This document shows, one piece after another, positions 43,514-54,900 of a stretch of DNA of 56,200 nt. The notes beneath the pieces were generated by a model. That model had not been told where the DNA came from, searched no databases, and worked only from the letters and a program-made list of their open reading frames with translations. Within the stretch, counting starts at the first letter, position 1, and each line of letters opens with the position of its first letter. The position numbers and the translations under genes were made by a program. Source of the stretch: Flavobacteriales bacterium (lineage in GTDB: Bacteria > Bacteroidota > Bacteroidia > Flavobacteriales > UBA7430); the NCBI GenBank assembly GCA_002692065.1, contig NZJX01000004.1:1-56200 (forward strand). Reading direction: 5' to 3'.

Positions 43514-45311
43514 TTAAAAAATTTAAATACAATTAATGCTTTTACCCTCCCAATTAGCTGCTCTAACTCAATAAAATCTAATTTTTTTATTCTCTTTATA
43601 GATTTATACTTTTTAAGAAGTTTTTCTCTGGTTTTATCACCTATGCCTTTAATATTATCAAATTCTGATTTTTTTAAATTTTTGTTTCTAAGATTTCTGT
43701 GCAATCTGAGACAAAATCTATGAGCTTCATTTCTGAGACTTTGAATTAACTTTAGTGATTCTGACCTTTTATCAATATTTATTGGATATGAATTATCAAT
43801 AGTAAAGATTTCTTCTAATCTTTTAGCTATACTTATAATTGAAATTTTATCTTGAATCTCTAAATTAATTAAGGCTTCAAAAGCAGCATTTAATTGTCCT
43901 TTTCCTCCATCAATAACAACTAATTGAGGTAAATCTAATTTTTCTTTGATCAAATATTTATACCTTCTATTTACAACTTCTTTCATTGAGGCAAAGTCGT
44001 CAATACCAACTACTGTATTAATTTTATAATGTCTATAATCTTTTTTACTTGGTTTACCATTTTTAAAAACTACACATGAAGATGTTGGATTTGAACCCTG
44101 TAAATTAGAATTGTCAAAACACTCAATATGTAAAGGAGTTTTATCAAGATTAAGATCTTTTTTTAATTTTTCAAGAACCCTTTCAAACTTTTTATTTTTA
44201 TCTGTTTGTATAGATTTATTAATTCGTTCTATCCTCATGTATTTTGCATTTCTATGAGATAAATTAATCAAATCTTTTTTCTCCCCTATTTTTGGAACGT
44301 AAATTTTTAGGTTTTCTTTGCTAGGGTATGAAACTTCTATATTTGTGATAATTTCATCATTTTTTGAATTAAATTTTAATCTAATCTCAATTATTCCAAT
44401 TATTAAAATTTCTTGATCATTTTCTTGCAATTTTTTTTTGACTTCCAAATTATAAGATTGAATTATCGATCCATTATTAATATTAAAATAATTAATATAA
44501 GCGTAATCATCATCGGAAAGTATAGAAAAAACATCTAAATTTTTTATTTTAGGACTGACTATAGTAGATTTAGATTGATAATTTTGAAGAATCTCTATTT
44601 TTTCTTTTAAATCTTGTGCTTTTTCAAAATTTAAATTTGAAGCATAATTCAACATTTTGTTCTTAGTTGACTTAATTATTTCTGAAAAATTACCTTTCAA
44701 AATTTTTCTTATGTTTGATATTGAATTATCGTAATCATTCTCAGACTGATGTTTTTCACATGGACCATCACACTTTCTAATATGGTAATCTAGACAAACC
44801 TTATATTTTTTTTTATTATGTTTTCTTCATTAAGATCATAATTACATGTTCTAAGTTTATATAATTTTTCTATTAGTTCAATTATTAGTTTGACTGATTT
44901 TAATGAATTATATGGACCAAAATACTCTGACCCATCATTAATTACTTTTCTTGTATAAAGTATTCTTGGAAATCTTTCATTTTTAATACAAATCCATGGA
45001 TAGGTTTTATCATCTTTTAAAAGTATGTTATACTTAGGCTTTAATTTTTTAATTAAATTGTTTTCTAATAATAATGCATCAAGTTCTGTTTTGACAATTA
45101 TAAATTCAAGCTTTTGAATTTTCTTCACTAATAACTTAGTTTTATATGTCATCAAGGAATCTCTATTAAAATAGGATGAAATTCTATTTTTTAAATTTTT
45201 TGCTTTCCCAACATATAAAATTTTATCATTTTTATCGTAATATTGATAAACTCCAGGATTTTTAGGTAAGCTTTTAGTAATATTTTTGAAATTTTGTTGA
45301 TTTAATTTCAT
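43510..45311 (-). CDS. uvrC: Excinuclease ABC subunit C with an apparent one-base deletion in an A9 run (44806-44814)
   Basis: The N-terminal GIY-YIG part (PGVY..YVGKAKNL..KDDKTYP) and the C-terminal part (IECFDNS, IDGGKGQL, RNEAHRF, HhH) join if one A is added, giving KKKYKVCLDYHIRKCDGPC. Confidence 0.92.
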
Positions 45312-45312
45312 T

Positions 45313-46308
45313 TCAAAATTTTAATAATCCGTTTAAATAAGCTTTTTCTGCAATTTGAATTGCATTTTTTGCTGCTCCTTTTCTCAAATTATCAGAAACA
45401 ATCCAAAGATTTACACTATTTTTATATGAATTGTCTTCCCTTATTCTTCCTACAAATACCTCATCTTTATCAGTTGCATATTTTGGCATTGGATAGGTGT
45501 TAGTTTCGGGAAAATCTCTTAAAATAAGTCCCTTTGATTCATTTATAACCTTTCTGATTTCAGCTACCGACGGTTTCTTTTGAAAAGAAATATTAACACT
45601 CTCTGAGTGACTTCTTATAACAGGGACTCTTACAGCAGTAGCAGTGATATCAAATTCACTATCAGAAATTATTTTCTTAGTCTCATTAATTAATTTTAAT
45701 TCCTCTCTTGTATATCCTGATGGATGAAAAGTATCACAATGTGGTATACAGTTATTATATATTTCGTATGGATAATACATTTCATCAACTATTCCTTTCT
45801 TCTCATTGGTCAATTGTCTTACTGCTTCTTTACCAGAGCCTGAGACTGATTGGTATGTTGATACAATTACTCTATTAATTTTATATAGTTTATCTAGTGG
45901 ACTAAGTACCATTACTAATTGAATAGTTGAACAATTTGGATTAGATATAATTTTATCATCTTTAGTCAAAAGATTGAAATTTATTTCTGGTACAATTAAC
46001 TTTATATTTTTATCTAACCTAAAAACTGAAGAATTGTCAATTACTAATGATCCATTTGATGAAAATTTTTCCACCCATTCTTTTGAGCACTCATTTCCTG
46101 CTGAAAAAAAAACTAGATCAGGCTTATTAGCTAAAGTTTCCTCTATACTTTTAATTTTAATTTTTTTATTTTTCCATTTTATATCCTCATCATAAGACCT
46201 TTTAGATGCGGAAAGTAATAATTTATTGATTGGTAATATTGAATTACTCAAAATTTCTAAAATCTTTTTTCCTACCATCCCGGTTATTCCTATAATAGCT
46301 ACATTCAT
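45313..46308 (-). CDS. asd: Aspartate-semialdehyde dehydrogenase
   Basis: G.TG.VG, IDNSS.FR, NPNCSTIQ, STYQSVSGSG, RVPV..HSE, DNLRKGAA; ATG 46308 (MNVAIIG) preferred over the track start 46344. Confidence 0.95.
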   Translation of the reverse strand: MNVAIIGITGMVGKKILEILSNSILPINKLLLSASKRSYDEDIKWKNKKIKIKSIEETLANKPDLVFFSAGNECSKEWVEKFSSNGSLVIDNSSVFRLDKNIKLIVPEINFNLLTKDDKIISNPNCSTIQLVMVLSPLDKLYKINRVIVSTYQSVSGSGKEAVRQLTNEKKGIVDEMYYPYEIYNNCIPHCDTFHPSGYTREELKLINETKKIISDSEFDITATAVRVPVIRSHSESVNISFQKKPSVAEIRKVINESKGLILRDFPETNTYPMPKYATDKDEVFVGRIREDNSYKNSVNLWIVSDNLRKGAAKNAIQIAEKAYLNGLLKF

Positions 46309-46376
46309 TATAAAAAAATTAATATACCTTGTAAATTTAGTCAATTTTAATTCATTATTTAATCAAATTATTTAAG

Positions 46377-46384
46377 TAAATTTG
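46377..46384 (+). promoter_or_regulatory. -7 box TAAATTTG upstream of the bacilliredoxin gene
   Basis: Exact TAnnTTTG 23 nt before ATG 46408. Confidence 0.55.
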
Positions 46385-46407
46385 TGTTTAACTAAAATAA
46401 TATAATT

Positions 46408-46821
46408 ATGTATCCTGAACATATAGTATCACCCATGAGATCAGAACTTACTGAATTAGGTTTTTCTGAATTAAAAACCCCAGACGAAGTTGATAATGTA
46501 CTTTCAAAAAAAGGGACTATCCTTCTTGTTATTAACTCAGTTTGTGGATGTGCTGCCGGTAATGCTCGCCCGGGCGTAAAAAACGCTATTAAACAAGGTA
46601 ATTGTCCTGAATATCTGGCTACTGTTTTTGCTGGTGTAGATAAGGAGGCTGTTGCTAAAGCTCGTGAGTACTTACTCCCTTTTCCACCATCTTCTCCTTG
46701 TATAGCACTTTTCAAAAACGGAGAATTAGTTCACATGATTGAACGTCACCATATAGAGGGTAGAAATCCTAACGACATATCAGAAAACTTAGTTGCTGCT
46801 TTTAATGAATTTTGCACCTAA
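46408..46821 (+). CDS. BrxA/BrxB family bacilliredoxin
   Basis: PMR.ELT..GF.EL, NSVCGCAAG.ARP, TVFAG.D.EA, PSSP..ALFK.G, RHHIEGR. Confidence 0.92.
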   Translation: MYPEHIVSPMRSELTELGFSELKTPDEVDNVLSKKGTILLVINSVCGCAAGNARPGVKNAIKQGNCPEYLATVFAGVDKEAVAKAREYLLPFPPSSPCIALFKNGELVHMIERHHIEGRNPNDISENLVAAFNEFCT

Positions 46822-46827
46822 TTATTT

Positions 46828-49209
46828 TTAGGATCCACATGAAATACAATCATCTGGATTTTCAATTGAACAAGCTATCTGTTCAGAGGAATTTGGTTTA
46901 GGTGTTTCTTTACCCAAAACTGGTTCCAACTCTGATTTTGTTTGTTTCTGGACGGTAAACTTTATCGCATCAACTGCTGACTTGGTCCTGAGATAATACA
47001 TCCCTGTTTTCAATCCTTTTTTCCATGCATGAAAATGCATGGAAGTTAATTTTCCTAAATTTGGATTTTCAACAAATAAATTCAATGACTGAGACTGATC
47101 AATGAAAACTCCTCTTTCTGCAGCCATATCAATAATATCTCTCATACTGAGTTCCCAGACAGTTTTATATAATTCTTTTATGTTATTTGGAATATTTTTT
47201 ATTTTTTGAATCGAGCCGTTACTTCTTAATATTTCATTTTTCAAATCTTCATTCCATAATCCCAATTTAACTAAGTCTTTTAATAAATGTTTATTAACAA
47301 TTATAAACTCACCTGATAAAACTCTTCTCGTATAGATATTTGATGTATAAGGCTCAAAACACTCATTATTTCCTAAAATTTGAGAGGTTGATGCAGTAGG
47401 CATTGGAGCAATTAATAAAGAGTTTCTCACACCATACTTTTTAATTTCTTTTTTTAGTGTATTCCAATCCCATCTACCTGTCATATCATCTGTCTTTTTT
47501 CCCCATAATTCAAACTGAAGTAAGCCTTTAGATATCGGTGATCCTTTGTAGGTTTCGTATGGGCCTAAATTTTTTGACAAATCTTTTGATGCAGTCAAAG
47601 AAGCATAATATATTGTTTCAAATATTTCAATATTTAAAAGTTGAGCCTCTTTTGATGTAAAAGGGTATCTTAATTTTATAAATGTATCTGCTAATCCCTG
47701 AACACCTAAACCGATAGGCCTATGACGCATATTTGAATTTTTTGCTTCTGGAACTGGGTAATAATTTTTGTCAATTACCGCATTTAAATTTTTAGTTACT
47801 TTATATGTAACTTCAAACAACTTATCAAAGTTGAATTTACCATCTTCAACATACATTGGAAGAGCTAAAGAAGCTAAATTACAGACTGCAACTTCATCAG
47901 GTGAGGTATATTCGAGAATTTCAGTACATAAATTAGAAGATCTAATTGTTCCTAAATTTTTTTGATTTGACTTTATGTTACATGAATCCTTAAATAACAT
48001 ATATGGAGTTCCTGTTTCAATTTGAGATTCTATAATTTTATCCCATAGTTCTCTAGCCTTAATTGTTTTTCTTCCTTTTCCTTCAGATTCATATTTTTCA
48101 TATTTATCATTAAATTCATCTCCATAAATATTAGCTAATCCAGGACATTCATTTGGACACATTAGAGTCCAATTTCCATCTTTCTCAACTCTTTCCATAA
48201 AAAGATCAGGTGTCCAAAGTGCATAAAATAGATCTCTAGCTCTCATCTCTTCTTTACCATGATTTTTCCTTAAATCTAGAAATTCAAAAATATCTGCATG
48301 CCAGGGTTCGATATAAATAGCGAAAGATCCTTTTCTTTTTCCTCCTCCTTGATCTACATATCTTGCAGTATCATTGAAAACTCTCAACATTGGGATTATG
48401 CCATTTGATGTTCCGTTTGTTCCTCTGATATATGATCCTTTTGCTCTAATATCGTGAATACTTAAACCAATTCCACCAGCAGATTGGGAAATTTTGGAAC
48501 ATTGCTTTAAGGTATCATAAATTCCATCAATACTGTCATCCTTCATTGTAAGTAAAAAACAAGATGACATTTGAGGCTTTGGAGTACCAGCATTAAATAG
48601 TGTAGGCGTAGCATGAGTGAAATATTTCTTAGACATCATTTCATAAGTTTCAATAACTGAATCAATATCCTCTTTATGAATACCTATCGAAACCCTCATT
48701 ATCATATGTTGGGGTCTTTCAACAACTTGTCCGTTTAACTTCAACAAGTAGGATCTTTCTAAAGTTTTGAATCCAAAATAATCATAACTAAAATCTCTGT
48801 CATATATGATAGTTGAATCTAAAATTTCTTTATTTTTTTCTATAATCTCATAAACATCGTTAGCTAAAAGTGGGGAACTCTTGTTTGTCTTAGGATTCAC
48901 AAATTCGTATAAATCTTTCATTGTATCTGAGAAAGATTTTTTGGTTTTTTTGTGGAGATTGGAGACAGCAATTCTTGCTGCTAATTTTGCATAATCTGGA
49001 TGTTTAATTGTTAAAGATGCGGCAACTTCAGCTGCTAAATTATCGAGCTCGTAGGTTGTAACTCCTTCATAAATCCCCTCTATAACTTTCATTGCCACAT
49101 TAGTAGGATTTACAAGTGAATCTAAACCGTAACAAAGTTTTTGAATTCTAGCAGTAATTTTATCAAATTTAACTGCTTCATTTCTTCCATCTCTTTTTTG
49201 AACAAACAT
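46828..49209 (-). CDS. nrdA: Ribonucleoside-diphosphate reductase class Ia, alpha subunit
   Basis: N-terminal ATP cone (V.KRDG), [38 protein letters not shown]-terminal CISCGS. Confidence 0.97.
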   Translation of the reverse strand: MFVQKRDGRNEAVKFDKITARIQKLCYGLDSLVNPTNVAMKVIEGIYEGVTTYELDNLAAEVAASLTIKHPDYAKLAARIAVSNLHKKTKKSFSDTMKDLYEFVNPKTNKSSPLLANDVYEIIEKNKEILDSTIIYDRDFSYDYFGFKTLERSYLLKLNGQVVERPQHMIMRVSIGIHKEDIDSVIETYEMMSKKYFTHATPTLFNAGTPKPQMSSCFLLTMKDDSIDGIYDTLKQCSKISQSAGGIGLSIHDIRAKGSYIRGTNGTSNGIIPMLRVFNDTARYVDQGGGKRKGSFAIYIEPWHADIFEFLDLRKNHGKEEMRARDLFYALWTPDLFMERVEKDGNWTLMCPNECPGLANIYGDEFNDKYEKYESEGKGRKTIKARELWDKIIESQIETGTPYMLFKDSCNIKSNQKNLGTIRSSNLCTEILEYTSPDEVAVCNLASLALPMYVEDGKFNFDKLFEVTYKVTKNLNAVIDKNYYPVPEAKNSNMRHRPIGLGVQGLADTFIKLRYPFTSKEAQLLNIEIFETIYYASLTASKDLSKNLGPYETYKGSPISKGLLQFELWGKKTDDMTGRWDWNTLKKEIKKYGVRNSLLIAPMPTASTSQILGNNECFEPYTSNIYTRRVLSGEFIIVNKHLLKDLVKLGLWNEDLKNEILRSNGSIQKIKNIPNNIKELYKTVWELSMRDIIDMAAERGVFIDQSQSLNLFVENPNLGKLTSMHFHAWKKGLKTGMYYLRTKSAVDAIKFTVQKQTKSELEPVLGKETPKPNSSEQIACSIENPDDCISCGS

Positions 49210-49232
49210 AAATTATTATTTATAAAATTAAA

Positions 49233-50216
49233 CTAAAACTCTGCATCCATAGTAAATCCTGAATTTTCTTCTTTACCTAAAACTCCCGCTTTCTGATATT
49301 CAGAAACTCTTTTTTCGAAGAAATTTGTTTTTCCCTGCAATGAAATCATATCCATGAAATCAAATGGATTTTCAACATTATAAACCTTTTCACATTTTAA
49401 TTCTACGAGCAATCTGTCTGTTACAAATTCTAGATATTGTGTCATTAAATCGGCATTCATTCCAATTAATTTGACGGGTAAAGCCTCTGTGATAAACTCT
49501 CTTTCAATATCTAAAGCCTCTGTTAAAATTTGTTTGATTTTTTCTTTTGGGACCTTGTTTACTATATGCTCATTATGTAATAAGCAAGCAAAATCACAAT
49601 GTAAACCTTCGTCTCTTGATATTAGTTCGTTAGAAAAAGTTAATCCTGGCATTAAACCTCTTTTCTTGAGCCAAAATATTGAACAAAACGATCCTGAAAA
49701 AAATATACCCTCAACAGCAGCAAATGCAATAATTCTTTCTGCAAAACTTGGAGATTCAATCCAATTTAAGGCCCATTCTGCCTTCTTTTTGATAGCATCA
49801 AATGTTTCTATTGCAGAGAAAAGCTTATTAGCTTCAGTTTTATTTTTAACATATGTATCTATCAATAATGAATAGGTTTCAGAGTGAATATTTTCCATCA
49901 TTATTTGAAAACCATAGAAAAATTTTGCTTCAGTATACTGAACTTCTGACAAAAAATTTTCTGCTAAGTTTTCATTAACGATTCCGTCAGATGCAGCAAA
50001 AAAAGCAAGAATATGTTTTACAAAATATCTTTCATCTTCATTTAACTTATTATTCCAATCGTCCAAGTCCTGACTCAAATCAATTTCCTCAGCAGTCCAA
50101 AAGCTTGCTTCCTCTTTTTTATAAAACTTCCAAATGTCATGATGTACTATTGGAAAAAGAACGAATCTATCCTTATTTTCTTTTAAAATTGGTTCTTCAA
50201 TAATCTTTTCTTGCAT
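49233..50216 (-). CDS. nrdB: Ribonucleoside-diphosphate reductase class Ia, beta subunit
   Basis: [56 protein letters not shown]. Confidence 0.97.
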   Translation of the reverse strand: MQEKIIEEPILKENKDRFVLFPIVHHDIWKFYKKEEASFWTAEEIDLSQDLDDWNNKLNEDERYFVKHILAFFAASDGIVNENLAENFLSEVQYTEAKFFYGFQIMMENIHSETYSLLIDTYVKNKTEANKLFSAIETFDAIKKKAEWALNWIESPSFAERIIAFAAVEGIFFSGSFCSIFWLKKRGLMPGLTFSNELISRDEGLHCDFACLLHNEHIVNKVPKEKIKQILTEALDIEREFITEALPVKLIGMNADLMTQYLEFVTDRLLVELKCEKVYNVENPFDFMDMISLQGKTNFFEKRVSEYQKAGVLGKEENSGFTMDAEF

Positions 50217-50244
50217 AACTTATATTTATTTATTTATTAGAGTG

Positions 50245-50272
50245 AAAAAAAGCCCAAAAGAAATTGAGCTTT
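50245..50272 (-). terminator. Terminator-like hairpin 28 nt upstream of nrdB
   Basis: Minus-strand RNA AGCUCAA-uuucuu-UUGGGCU-UUUUUU (7-bp stem with one U-G pair, then a U-tract). Confidence 0.5.
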
Positions 50273-50415
50273 ACAAATATTTTAATAAAAAACATGATAA
50301 ACAATAGGTTAATATTTTTTCTTATTTGAAGTTTTTAACAAATGGTTAGTATCTTAACGAATTATCCATATTTTTAAAGACTTTATATTTTATTTAGAAT
50401 GTTAAAAACAATTTT

Positions 50416-51012
50416 TTATTTCAAATTTTTGATTTTTTTTAAATAATTTTTTGCAACTCTTTGCAACTTGTTATACCATGGTTTTCCAAACTTATTAATC
50501 AATCCTTTTTTTAAAAAAATATAGGTTTCAACCTTTAATTTTTCTCCTAAAATACATGCAGAATTGCAGATTTCCCAATTATGGTAATTCAAAGCTGAAA
50601 GATTCCCAATTACATTAACTCTAATTGGATATAACTCACAAGAAATTGGTTTTTTAAAATTTATTTTATTTTTATTAAACGCTGTTTCAATAGAGCATTT
50701 TAAAATTTTATTTTTATCATAATAAGCATATACACATTCTTTATTTTTTACCAGAGGGGTTTCATAGTCTCCATCATTATCAACTATCCAAGTTCCATTT
50801 GATTCAACCTCTTTAATCCCTTCATCAGTCATGTATTGTTTAATATATTGATAAGAGTGCTCCAATTTTTCTAACTCATTTTTTTCAAGAGGTGCTCCTG
50901 AATTACCCTCAATACAACAGGCACCCTTACATGAAGATAAATCACATACAAACTTTTTTTCTAAAATTTCCTCAGATACTAATGTATTATCGATTTTGAT
51001 CATATTTGACAT
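50416..51012 (-). CDS. DUF3109 family Cys-rich protein
   Basis: FVCDL..CKGACC.EG..GAPL, ECVY, C.IE, KPISC.LYPIR, W.IC..AC. Confidence 0.85.
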   Translation of the reverse strand: MSNMIKIDNTLVSEEILEKKFVCDLSSCKGACCIEGNSGAPLEKNELEKLEHSYQYIKQYMTDEGIKEVESNGTWIVDNDGDYETPLVKNKECVYAYYDKNKILKCSIETAFNKNKINFKKPISCELYPIRVNVIGNLSALNYHNWEICNSACILGEKLKVETYIFLKKGLINKFGKPWYNKLQRVAKNYLKKIKNLK

Positions 51013-51106
51013 CCTTATTTTTTTAATCTAAAATTTAATATTTAAATTTACACTTGTACTATAACAAATTAAGCACCCACAAATATAAATTATTGTCATT
51101 AAAAAT

Positions 51107-51769
51107 ATGAAAAATTTATTTTTTTACTTTGCTCTTTTTTCTCACTTGTTGATACACTCCCAAGATAATGATATCGGTAATTGGTTAATTTATTTTGGGA
51201 ATAAACAAATAAATGAAAAGTATAATTTTCATCACGAAGTTCAATACAGAAACTATAATTTTATTGGTGATAAAGAGCAATTGTTAATTAGATCTGGGAT
51301 TGGAAGAAATTTTTCTGATAATTTAAACCTTTTAATTGGTTATGGATTTATCGACTCTAACAATTATAAAAATAATATCAAATATAGTTCTAAAGAAAAT
51401 AGAATATTTCAACAAATAATACTCAAACAAAATATCTGGAAACTTTCCTTTCAACACAGATACAGATTTGAACAAAGATTTATTGATGGAGACTATAAAA
51501 CAAGATATAGATATTTTCTAAATTTTAATTATCCTATAAATCTAGAGAGTCTTAATTTGAGTAGAAACAATAAATTATTAGTTTATATTAGTTTCTATAA
51601 TGAGATTTTTTTGAATGGTCAAAGTAAAGTTTTTGATAGAAATAGATTATATGGAGGGCTAGGTTTTAAATTAAATAAATATTTAAAATTTGAAATTGGT
51701 TATATGAATCAATTTTTTGAAGATTCTTCAAGAGATCAACTAAATATTATAACATTTTTTAATTTTTAA
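51107..51769 (+). CDS. DUF2490 outer-membrane beta-barrel protein
   Basis: Signal peptide; GNW..YFG, EVQYR, QLL.R.G, E.RIFQQ, HRYRFEQRF, YNEIF, FDRNRLY.GLG; terminal Phe. Confidence 0.85.
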   Translation: MKNLFFYFALFSHLLIHSQDNDIGNWLIYFGNKQINEKYNFHHEVQYRNYNFIGDKEQLLIRSGIGRNFSDNLNLLIGYGFIDSNNYKNNIKYSSKENRIFQQIILKQNIWKLSFQHRYRFEQRFIDGDYKTRYRYFLNFNYPINLESLNLSRNNKLLVYISFYNEIFLNGQSKVFDRNRLYGGLGFKLNKYLKFEIGYMNQFFEDSSRDQLNIITFFNF

Positions 51770-51777
51770 CTAATTAT

Positions 51778-51957
51778 TTAATTTAAAACAGAAGTAATAA
51801 AACTTTTGATTTCATTATTTCGTACTTCTATATGAAATTCTATCGGATTACAACAAACTTCACAATCTTCAATAAATGACTGATTTGAAATTGAATAATC
51901 AACCAACTTTAACTGATTTGCGTCACAATAGGGGCAATAAAAAAAATATTCTAACAA
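51778..51957 (-). CDS. CPXCG-motif cysteine-rich small protein
   Basis: CPYC..VD.S..QS.IEDC.VCC.PI; the likely start is TTG 51957 just after the upstream gene's stop, because the track's longer N-terminus overlaps that gene. Confidence 0.8.
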   Translation of the reverse strand: MLEYFFYCPYCDANQLKLVDYSISNQSFIEDCEVCCNPIEFHIEVRNNEIKSFITSVLN

Positions 51958-51967
51958 GACTAATAAA

Positions 51968-54900
51968 TCAAAATGATATTGAAAAGCTAGTATTAACCTT
52001 AATTTGATATCCAGATCCAGGAGTAAAATTGCCAATCGAATTATAATTAAACTCAGGCCAATATTGGTCTCCGTTATTATCTTTCATAATATCAATATAA
52101 TTATCATTTTCTCCAAGAACTTGACTGATATCAATAATTTCATTTGAACAATATCCAAACATATTCCAACCCTCTTGAAATACGATATTAATTGTATCGC
52201 ATTGAAAATTTTGATTTGATAAATTTATTTGAGAATTTAAAGAATCTAATTGATTTAGAAGTATATTCTGTAAATCTATAACATTTGAATATGCCTCACC
52301 CCAGCTATTTGAACATGAATTATCATCAATATTTGCATTTGAATTGAAGTTTATAAAATTATCATCTGTACAACCCAAAATATTTGAAGTTTCATCATTT
52401 TCTATGTCGGTATTACCAAAAACTAATGAAAAAGGTGAATTAACCTTAATTTGATATCCAGATCCAGGAGTAAAATCTCCTATTGAATTATAATTAAATT
52501 CTGGCCAATACTGATCTCCATTATTATCCTTTAATATTTCTATATAATCATCAAAATCTTTCATTACTTCACCAATATCATTTGGGGTTGAAGCTGTGTA
52601 GCCAAACATATTCCATCCTACTTGAAACTGAACAGTAATCGCACATTGATTAGCAATTACTGAATCAATATGATATTCAATTGACGAAATTTCATCATAT
52701 AAATTAAAATTCATACTTTCTACTGTAGTATATCCTAATTCCCAAGATGTATTGCAAGTACCATCATCAACATTTGCATTTGTATTGAATTCCATATAAT
52801 TAGCATCCATACAACCCAAAATTATACCAATACATGAGCCATTATCAAAATTAGCATTGGGGTCAAAATTTAAAGCATTGGGATCAATACATCCATTGAC
52901 AATATAAATGCAAGAGCCATCATCTACATTGGCTTCTGAATTATAATTATTTGCTAAAAAATCCATGCATCCTAAGTTTATATTAATACAAGAACCATCA
53001 TCAGCATTTGCATGTGAATTAAAATTCAATGAATTAAAGTCCGTACATCCATAAACCATATCAATACATGATCCATTATCAAAATTAGCATTATCATCAT
53101 AATTAAATGCATTTAAATCTGTACAACCAAAAATCAGTTCAATACATGAATTATCGTCAATATTAGCATCTGGATTATAATTTAATGATCCAGAAGTTGT
53201 ACACCCAAGAATGATTTCTTGACAAGAACCATCATCCTCAGTTGCATTCATATTATAATTTAAGGAATTTGGATTCATACATCCCGATATAGGATATCTG
53301 CACGATCCGTCATCTAAATTTGCATTTGGATCAAAGTTTAATGCATTTGAAAATATACATCCTAATATGACTTCTTCACATGATCCATCATTTGTATTTG
53401 CTGAAGGGTTGTAGTTAATTGCATTTAAATTAATACACCCTAAAATTATATCCTCACATGAATAGTCATCAGTATTAGCTGAAGGATTGAAATTAAATGC
53501 TAAAGGATCTGTACAGCCTAATGAGATTGCTTGACAAGAACCATTATCAGTATTAGCAAAAGCATCATAATTAAAAGAGTTAAGATTAATACATCCCAAT
53601 ACTACATCAATACAACTTCCATCATTAAAATTTGATATTGAATTATAATTAAATGCATTAATATCAGTGCAACCTGGTATTACTTCTATACAACTTCCAT
53701 CATCTTCATTTGCTAAATTAAAATAATTTAATGCTAGAGGATCTGTACAACCAAAAATAGAGGGATAAATACAAGAATTATTGTCAACATTTGCCCCAGG
53801 ATCATAATTGCTTGCTATTTCGTCCATACAGCCTAAAATTATACATGTTCCATCTTCAATATTTGCATTTGGATTGTAATTTTCAGCAATAGAATTCATA
53901 CATCCTGAAATTTCTATTAAACAAGAACCATTATCTTGAGTAGCTAAAAAATTATAATTAGATGCTGATATGTTAGTACATCCAAGAATAATTAAAATGC
54001 AAGAGTTATCGTCAACATTTGCAAATGAATCATAATTTTCAGCACTAGGATTTGTACATCCTAGAATTATACAAGAACCGTCATCTTCATTTGCTTCAGG
54101 ATTATAATTAGACGCTATTGGATCTATACATCCTAATACAATATATGTACAAGATGAATCATTTGTGTTTGCTTCAAAATTATAATTAGATGCCAGAAAG
54201 TCTGTACATCCAAATATAATATCAATACAAGATCCATTATCTGTATTTGCTTCAGAATTGTAATTAAATGATAGCGGATTTATACATCCATAAATTATTG
54301 GAATACAAGTACCATCATCTGTATTTGCTTCAGAATTGTAATTAAATGATAGCGGATTTATACATCCTAAAGTTATATCTTCACATGATCCATCATCTGT
54401 ATTTGCCTCAGAATTATAATTATATGATAGCGGATTTATACATCCTAAAGTTATATCTTCACATGATCCATCATCTGTATTTGCTTCAGAATTAAAATTA
54501 TATGATAAACCATTTGTACAACCCAAAATAATATCCTCACAAGATCCATCATCTGTATTTGCCTCAGAATTATAATTATATGATGAACTATTAATACATC
54601 CCATCACAACCGATATACATGACCCATTATCAGTTGTGGCTTGGGAGTTGTAATTGAATGATAATCTATCCGTACATCCCTCAATAATGCATGAATTATC
54701 ATCTTGTGTTGCGTCTAGATCATAATTCAAAGCAATAGGATTCATACACCCAGAATATGTACACGATGAATTATCCACTAAATAAATACCTTGATTTATA
54801 ACATTCTGCAATGAACTGCTAAAGTTAGTTGAATTTGGATCGGCATATGAAATATAATTATTTGCTTGATCATCTATGCAAATTAAATTACTAGAGATTC

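Noticed and set aside
46392-49875. Longer antisense ORFs (46392-46715, 47768-47965, 49471-49875) and similar ones elsewhere (e.g. 24545-24901, 27548-27790)
   Set aside because: They lie wholly opposite well-conserved genes and are expected shadows.
46828-50216. Intein, intron or phage origin of nrdAB
   Set aside because: Lengths are normal, no insertions are visible, and the context is housekeeping with no phage genes.
51992-52476. Near-identical pair at a gene 3' end as a diversity-generating retroelement VR/TR
   Set aside because: Both copies are inside one ORF, the differences look mostly synonymous rather than adenine-specific, and no reverse transcriptase is in the window.
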